DNA of 64,000 bases from the human T2T-CHM13v2.0 reference genome, Homo sapiens. Where the stretch lies: the NCBI RefSeq assembly GCF_009914755.1, contig NC_060928.1; one strand, written 5' to 3'. The notes below the pieces were generated by a model. That model saw only the letters and a list, made by a program, of their open reading frames with translations, was not told the origin of the DNA and ran no database searches. Made by a program: the position numbers and the translations under genes. Each line of letters opens with the position of its first letter. The first letter of the stretch is position 1. This document shows, piece by piece, positions 55,181 through 64,000 of the stretch.

Positions 55181-56869
55181 TCTTCTACCTTCTCCTCATC
55201 GTATTATCGTAGTCTTTGTAGTCGTCTTCATGATGGAAGTCAGTATTCAATGAAATACTTTCTCTGATAAATTGATTTACTACTTTTTTTTTCATTTTTA
55301 TCTCCATTTTTCTTGGTAAGCCTTTGGAGGTTCTGTTCCAACTTTGACAATGCTTTGACTGACACATTGGCAGGCTGTCTTAAGTGTGTGCTATAGTAAC
55401 AACATGCTTCCTTTTTCATTTATTTGTAGATACCAGGATAAATGTGCTGCTTACCTTCATTATACCAGGTAAAAGAAGGGAACCTTTTCAATAGAAAACA
55501 AAAAACCTGTATGACTTAGGGTCATCAGAAGAGTATGGCAAAATAAAACTGAGATATTCAGTGAGACTTGCCAGTGTAGTCTTCCAATAAATTATTGCAT
55601 ATTATTTGCCAGAGCTTCACCTTTTGTTGCAAACAGATAGCAAATTTCAGTTGCACCACTTCAGCAGCTTATGTTCATCAACTGAGGTTGGTTGGAATGT
55701 GTCAGACCAGCTAAATTTAAGCATATGTTATTAGCTTCTTTCAGTTAATGGGTAGAGTTGCTTCCTGTTGCTTAACTACTGCTATGTTTCCTTCTCTCAA
55801 AGTGCCAAAAAGTTTTTGAAATAAAATGATTATTTTAATGGTTTGGTATTGTGAACATGGTTATGGTAAAATTAGAATATTGCTTCTTTCATCTAAAAGG
55901 TGGCAGGTAGCAAGATGAAGAAATGGAAATAGAAAGTAAGGGAAAGTTAAAGTTAACTATCATATTTTTAATGTTTTAATATGAGTATAATCTGTTTACT
56001 ATATAAATCAGAAATTAAATTAGGAAAACATTCCATATTATTCTGTATGAAAGTAGTGTTTTGATATGTCACTCCTAATCCTCACTTGGGTTTCATAGTG
56101 AACATTTTCATGTGTCCTAGAAAACAGACTGTTGGTTGTATTTCTGGATAAGTACTCTGTGAGGGGTTTTCTCCCTTTCTCTCACTGATACCTCTTACAT
56201 TATGGGAGGGGAGAAAAATGGAACTCTGGTCTTATATATAATATAGTTAGCATGTCCTGGGAAATATAGTAAATTATTCTGTGATAGTGTAATTATCTTC
56301 TGCTGTCTTTATGGAACCAGGCATTTGATAAATTTTTGGTTAGAGTAGAATATCAGCAAAGCTATAGGAATAGGCTCAATTGTGAATAATTTAGTTTTCC
56401 TCCATAGCCACAGCACTACTTTTGCTCACAAAAAGGCAAGAGTATTCATGAGCGATAGTTTGAACATCTAAAAATTCACAGTAGTACCTCAGTTGGAACA
56501 GTCTGCTTAACATAGGATGAAAAGCACTTTAGTCCTTACTTATGGGACAGACTGATTTAATTCTTTGTATCAAATTTTTAAAAATGTTTTTCCCTTTATT
56601 TCACAAGCTGTCAGGGGAAATCATGACCTAACACATTGAAGGAACAAAACACCTTTGACAGGCAGATCTCATTGTGCAGTGTAAGAATTGGCTTCTTTGG
56701 TGTAACTGGTTGCCAAAGATAGCCTTATAACATGATTTTAAAAAGCAGAATAAAGAGACATTAAAGTATATATTAATCGCATGTTTTAAAGGCCCCTCGA
56801 GTTAATTGTTTTTGTAAATTTCTGGGTTTCTACAAAGTAGAAGTCATTATCAAGCAGTCTTCTTGAAGT

Positions 56870-57085
56870 TGTTTAGCATTGTGGCCACCAGCACAGGATC
56901 AGGAGTCACAGGCCAGGGTTCAAACCTACATCAGTGGCTTACTGATTGTGTGACTTAATGATGTATGATCTCCTCTCTAATCTTTGGCTTCCTGAACTAT
57001 AAAATGTGAGAGTAAAATTACAGGTCCTGTCTCACTGGATAGTTGCGAGGATTGGAGTATGTAACATACTTAACGGTGTCTAGTA
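56870..57085 (+). mobile_element. MIR
   Basis: gggttcaaacc...cttactgattgtgtgactt...ctataaaatg...gttgcgaggatt. Confidence 0.65.
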
Positions 57086-57749
57086 GTTTTATTTTTTAAA
57101 ATCAAAAATTGCACTGCTGTTGCCCCAAAAATCCATCTAAAAAACATAAGGCAGGCCCTCCTTTAAATATATGGAGGCCAGGAAACATGTTTCCTGTTGA
57201 ATAACTGTTATTATTTTTGTATATGGGAGTAGAAATAAGGAAACTAGAAATGGCACAGAATTTAGGAGAAAGGAAGACACATAACAGAAGCTCTTCCTGT
57301 GCAAAAGGAGCAAAATACTAAGACTCTCCTCAATTAGAGCTTTTTAGTCTGGTTGGGGAAGAAAAACTAACATATAGGACAGTTAGAGAATTATAAAAAT
57401 ATTGAGTAGAAATTCATAAGAGGAAAAATATCACTGGAACTAGAGCAGATGGTGGGGGCTGAGTCTTTATAAATGGAATTGGAACTGAACTTAGAAGGAA
57501 GAGAGGAGGAAAGCAGGGCAGTGCTGTAGGCTAAGGCTGGTAAGTGAGCAAACCCTAGAGGCAGGACTGAAAATAATTTTTTAAAATCATCTCCTGAAGG
57601 GACGTGACTGACTAATGAGTACAGGGACACCTTGAGTGAGTACATAGTGGGTAACACTGAAGCCAGGCAAAGAGTTTGAGCCTGGTTAGGGAGACTTTCA
57701 GTCTCTTAAAAAAAAAAAATCCCTGACATATACTAGAAAGCAGTGGTTT

Positions 57750-58948
<1,199 letters not shown>

Positions 58949-60053
58949 GCAGTATTTAACAGAGCTAAGTCTAAATGCAATATATAGAATAGATTAAATG
59001 GGAGACACTGTTGGATTAATTCAGACTGCAGTGGTTGAGGATTTGGATCCCAAAGAAGAGAACAATGCCAGTATCTGCACCAATTCCATCTTTCCTATTA
59101 CATCAGAGGGGTTGTCCGCCTCCCAGCCAGGCCAGTCCCCATGACTGCTTTGGCTCCCATCCCTTCTTCATTCTCAAGAACTTTGTGCACTTGATTACCC
59201 CTTCTCTCACATGCTTTTTAATGTCTCACCCTTGCCTTTGCTTTTAAAAATCTTCAAGCTTTTCCTATTAAAAACAAACTAAATTTTCTCATTCCACTTC
59301 ATATTTCTTCCAGCTGCCTCTTCATCTCTATTCATCCCTTAACAGGCAAATCAAATTTTTCAAAAAATGTTGTCTATTCTTGTTTGTATCGTTTCCACAT
59401 CTCCCAACTCCACACTTCCACTCACTCCAGTTGGGCTCTTGACACCATTACCCTGCCAAAACAGCTGTCACTGAAGTTATCAGTCAGCTTCAACTTCACG
59501 TTACCAAATGCAATCCTCATCTTGCTTGGCTTCTCGACATAGTTCACCGTGCCCTGTGTCTTGAACACACTGTTTTGGTTTTTGGTTTTCTTTCCACATA
59601 TTGGGCTAGTCATCTGTCTCTTCTATAGTCTCACCCTCTTCCATCCATCATGTAAGGGGTGAATTCCTCAAGGCGGGATCCAAGATCCTCTCCTTTTCTC
59701 ACTTTATAATCTCTCCATCACTCGTCTTATTGGCTCTTGAGTCAATTATTATCTGCATAAAGATTTGTGCCAAATTATATTCTCCAGTCCAGACCTCTTC
59801 ACTGAGCTATAAATTCTGTTTCTGTCTCCTCTTGAATGTTTCAGAAGCACTTGAAATTCAGCATATCTAAAAGGGAACTCATCATCTTCAATTCTGGTCT
59901 ATTTCAGTGTTTCCTCTCTCAGTGAATAGTATCCAGTTGTATAAGTTACAAATCTTAAAGTCATTCTTCATACCTCCCTCTCCTTCATCACACATATCCA
60001 ATCCATCATGATTGGATAGCAAAAGAAAACAGTTGCTCATTTTACTTCGTAAT

Positions 60054-60498
60054 TACTATAATTTGAATGTCTGTCCCCTCAAACCTCATGTTGTAATTTG
60101 AGTCCCAATTTTGGAGGTGAGGCCTAATGGGAAGTGATTGGGTCATGGAGGCAGATCCCTCATGTATTGTTTCAGTGCCATCTTCACTGTAATAAGTGAG
60201 TTCTCATTCTGTTAGTTACCAAAAGCACTGGTTATAAAACAAAACAAAAGAAAACAAAAAAAAACTGGCACCTCCTTCTCTCTGTATCTTGCTCCCTGTC
60301 TCGCCATGTGATCTCTGCACACACCTGCTTCCCTTCCCTACTGCCATGCATGGAAGCAGCCTGAGGCCCTATCAGAAGGAGATGCTGGTACCATGCTTCT
60401 TATACAGCCTGCAGAACTGTGAGCCAAATAAACCTCTTTTCTTTATAAATTACGCAGCTTCTGGTATTTCTTTATAGCAATACAAATGGGCGAAGACA
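60054..60498 (+). mobile_element. MST (MSTB-like) MaLR solo LTR
   Basis: cagcctgcagaactgtgagccaaataaacctcttttctttataaattac; 5-bp TSD gtaat/ctaat. Confidence 0.88.
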
Positions 60499-60921
60499 CT
60501 AATTAACCCTTGAATCTGTCCACTTTCCACTTTTTTTCTTCCACCACCAAGATTCTTATCCAGACTACTGCTGTCTATTCTGGAATCTATCCTCAGTCAC
60601 TCTGGCCTGTTTCCAGGTCTGTTCTCTTACTACTCAGCCAGGGGATTGTTTTCAAAATGCTTCTGTCACTTCCAAGGTACATTAAAGCTATTAACTCACT
60701 TTTTACTGCTCTCAGATGAAGTCCAGATGCATTACCATGGACACCAGGCCTGGCTTGATCTAGCTACTACCTAATCTTCAGCCTCACCTTGCCCCAGGCA
60801 CGCCTCACTCTGTACTCCAGCCGTATCTAGTCCTTCTTGCTTGGCATAGGCCTTCCTTCTACAGGCACTTTGCACAACACGTTCTCTACCTGGGATACTC
60901 TTCCCTCCTGTCTTCACCTAA

Positions 60922-61290
<369 letters not shown>

Positions 61291-64000
61291 ACAAGAAAGC
61301 CTTTTCTAACTTCCTAAATTGGATCAATTCTCCTTGAAGTTTCTTACAGCACCATGTTTATATGATTATTTGTTTATCTGTCTGCCCCACTGGACAGAAA
61401 GAGCCACAAAAGCAGGGATGTATTTGCTTACCTTTGTATCTCTGTAACCTGGTACATAGTAGGTACTCAGTACATATTTGTTAAACCATCAGTTAGGCAT
61501 TTGAAAGGAATGTCTAGGGCACAGCAACAAGGGGATCACAAAAATGCTTTGTGTGCTCTAGAAGGTAGAAAGCAGTATGACAGATCCATCCTCTAGCTGG
61601 GTAGGAGAGAACCGTGAGGAGTCCAGAGGCCTTTCTAGTTCCATGCTCCTGGGGCCTCCACCGTTGTCTATCAGAGAGCTGGCGAGCGAGCCCCACTGCA
61701 GCACTGCCATTACCATACTTCCCTGGCCTATACCTTCAGACTTTGTCATTCTTGTTACTTCAACATCATGACTGCAGTTTTTAGCCCTGTTGACCACTCC
61801 TGCCTTGAAATTCTCTCCTACTTTGCCTTCTGTAGTATTTTATTTTTAAGTTTTTTCTTATCTCTCTGACAACATCTTGGCTTCTCTTCCCACTCATTTG
61901 CTCTATCCGAGTACTCATTCCAAAATTCAGCTTTGATCTCATGGCTCCCATGTAAGAGGATAAAGTCTGAACCTCTCAGCAGTTCTTAAGAGACCCTCTG
62001 AGGAACTTGCCAGTATCTCAAGTTTCATCTCCTGCCCTTCTGTTATAGCAAATGATTTGGCATTCTCTAAGCACTCCGTGTTTTTATGATTTTGTGCCTT
62101 TTCCTCATGCCCCACCTTACATCCCCACCGCCTATGTACTGGGGAGCCTCTACTATTTTCAAAACGCAGATCAGGTCACTTAGGCCTGCTCAGGCATTCC
62201 CTTCCTCCAGGCTGTGACTCCCTTAGAGGCAAGGCCTTTTTCTATAACATGGCACTTTTATATAGAGTACCTGGCATATAGTAGACCTGTAATAAATATT
62301 CGGATAACAGAAAGGACAGTTCTTTTATCTTTTAATGATGCATATAAATAGTAACCTGAATGACAAATAACACTCATGATAAACCAGAGTATCACTGAAT
62401 AAGCATTCCTTCTTGAGGACAGACCTCTTGATAGTTAAAAAGTAAAATGTCAAAAAGTTTATTACATAAATAACCTTGATCTACTCTGACTGTATTTTTC
62501 TGTCTCACATAATTCTGTTACATTGTCACACCCTCCTAAAATGGATTTCTAGTCGTGCCATGGTAATAAAATGTTGTTCTAGGCTTTAAAATGATACATC
62601 TGCCCTGAAAGCTTTGAGGTATTTTTTTCCCTGGGGTGGTTATTTTTTCAGATTGCCAAGAGAAGGTTATCATATACCAATCATAATGTATGTGTTGTAA
62701 AGCCACACATTGCAATACTTTTTTTATGAGCTGTTATGTAAGCCATGCTTCAGGGCAAAGCAGGGATGCAGTGGAGGAAGAGCCGTTTTATGCATTTCCA
62801 GCTGCACAAAGTAGTAACATTTCATGTGGCAGTGCTATATTCATTTTCGAGTTTCTCCCCTAGAGGGATAATAGGACATTGCTTTTTTGCCTTTCAAAAG
62901 GGTATAACAAACATTCTCTCCCAACACAAATGCCACATTTGACCTCATTCTGCTCTCAGTCAGTAAAATGTTTTTCTTAGTGTCATAAGAATTATTTTCT
63001 GTTGGTGACTTTAATTTCCTATAAGGTTTTTAGGAAGGTTTGGAAATCATTATATGGTTTCACTGGGTTTGCCAGATGTGAAGGAGGATTAAGAATTAAA
63101 CTGTTTGCTTGGCTTTGGCTGGTATTAGATTATAAAATGCACTTTTATTGGAAACAAGAATCAAAGGATAGGCCTAAATAAGTACTTCCCTGGATTAAAA
63201 AAAAAAAAAAGTGTTAACAGTGTGGTCTCCAGGGATTGATATTCGGAATGCTATTTTAAAATATTTTAAAGAGCATCGAGAAAAGAGAGAGTCTTAGCTC
63301 TTCTAGGTACTAAAGTAGGGTTGATTGGCACAAGCTGAAAGTTCACTCCAAAACATTATGTGAGTGGGCAGAAGAGGAGCAGATGTGACCTCATTTTCAA
63401 TCAGTTCAGCTTTTAAGCCATTCCCCTTTCTCCACCTGATGAAATGCTGTGGTTATTCTTTTGAAGGGTCTGTTTAGCAGGGTTAATTTCTTATTATCCT
63501 ACTAAGCCATTTGGTTTTTAAATGTATATTTCCTCTCTCCATGTGCATACATAATATATATGCATACATAAATTATTCATATGTTTAAAATTTCTCACAG
63601 ATTTTATTTTACAATCTTTCTTTCATTACTTTGCTTTCATTTTTTTTCTCTTCACTTTCCCAATACCTTTCTTATTTTTAGACAGATCATTTTGTAGGAA
63701 TAATGTGGTAAGATATTTCTTGTAAAATATTGACTTCTATTAAAATATTTTGTGTAATTTATGATATCTCATCTTTAGAATAAAAATGCTACTTAGGAGC
63801 TTTCTTTTTAAAATTCAGGAATTGCTTAGTTCCTAAACATGAAGAGTTAAAATCTACTAGAGCCTTTTATTATTTCTAAAAAGTATAATTATCAGCCTTT
63901 TAGTAGCTATGAGAGATGGACTGTTCAGTGGCATTCATATGCCTTGTGTTTATAGGCCTGTCTTGTCATACGTGCTCTTACCACTGAAATGATGGCATAA

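Noticed and set aside
55185-55235. DYKD (FLAG-like) peptide in a minus-strand ORF
   Set aside because: Reads DYKDYD, not DYKDDDDK; degenerate trinucleotide tail next to a MIR, no vector sequence

Overview
Hominoid (human or great-ape) non-coding genomic DNA; the SVA retrotransposon restricts it to apes. It is AT-rich and repeat-dense, and I can support no protein-coding exon, RNA gene or CRISPR array. The long ORFs in the track are read-throughs of Alu, SVA and L1 sequence, or chance ORFs. Contents: 17 Alu/FLAM copies, one SVA, about 9 L1 pieces, and many MIR, L2, MER and LTR relics. All recognisable L1s, the SVA and 12 of 17 Alus lie on the minus strand, which suggests a long intron of a gene transcribed on +. 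The most notable structures are: (1) a compound tandem array at 8041-8577 in which a 30-bp block recurs five times, each followed by its own (AC)n tract; (2) an SVA that is 5'-complete but 3'-truncated, with a short poly(A) and a perfect TSD; (3) an old L1M that is 3'-truncated, TSD-flanked and splits a MIR; (4) a 77-bp locally templated insertion inside that L1, flanked by a 10-bp direct repeat. I see unusual mutational and retrotransposition footprints, but no convincing new functional system. Subfamily names are from memory of consensus sequences, and boundaries of old elements are approximate.
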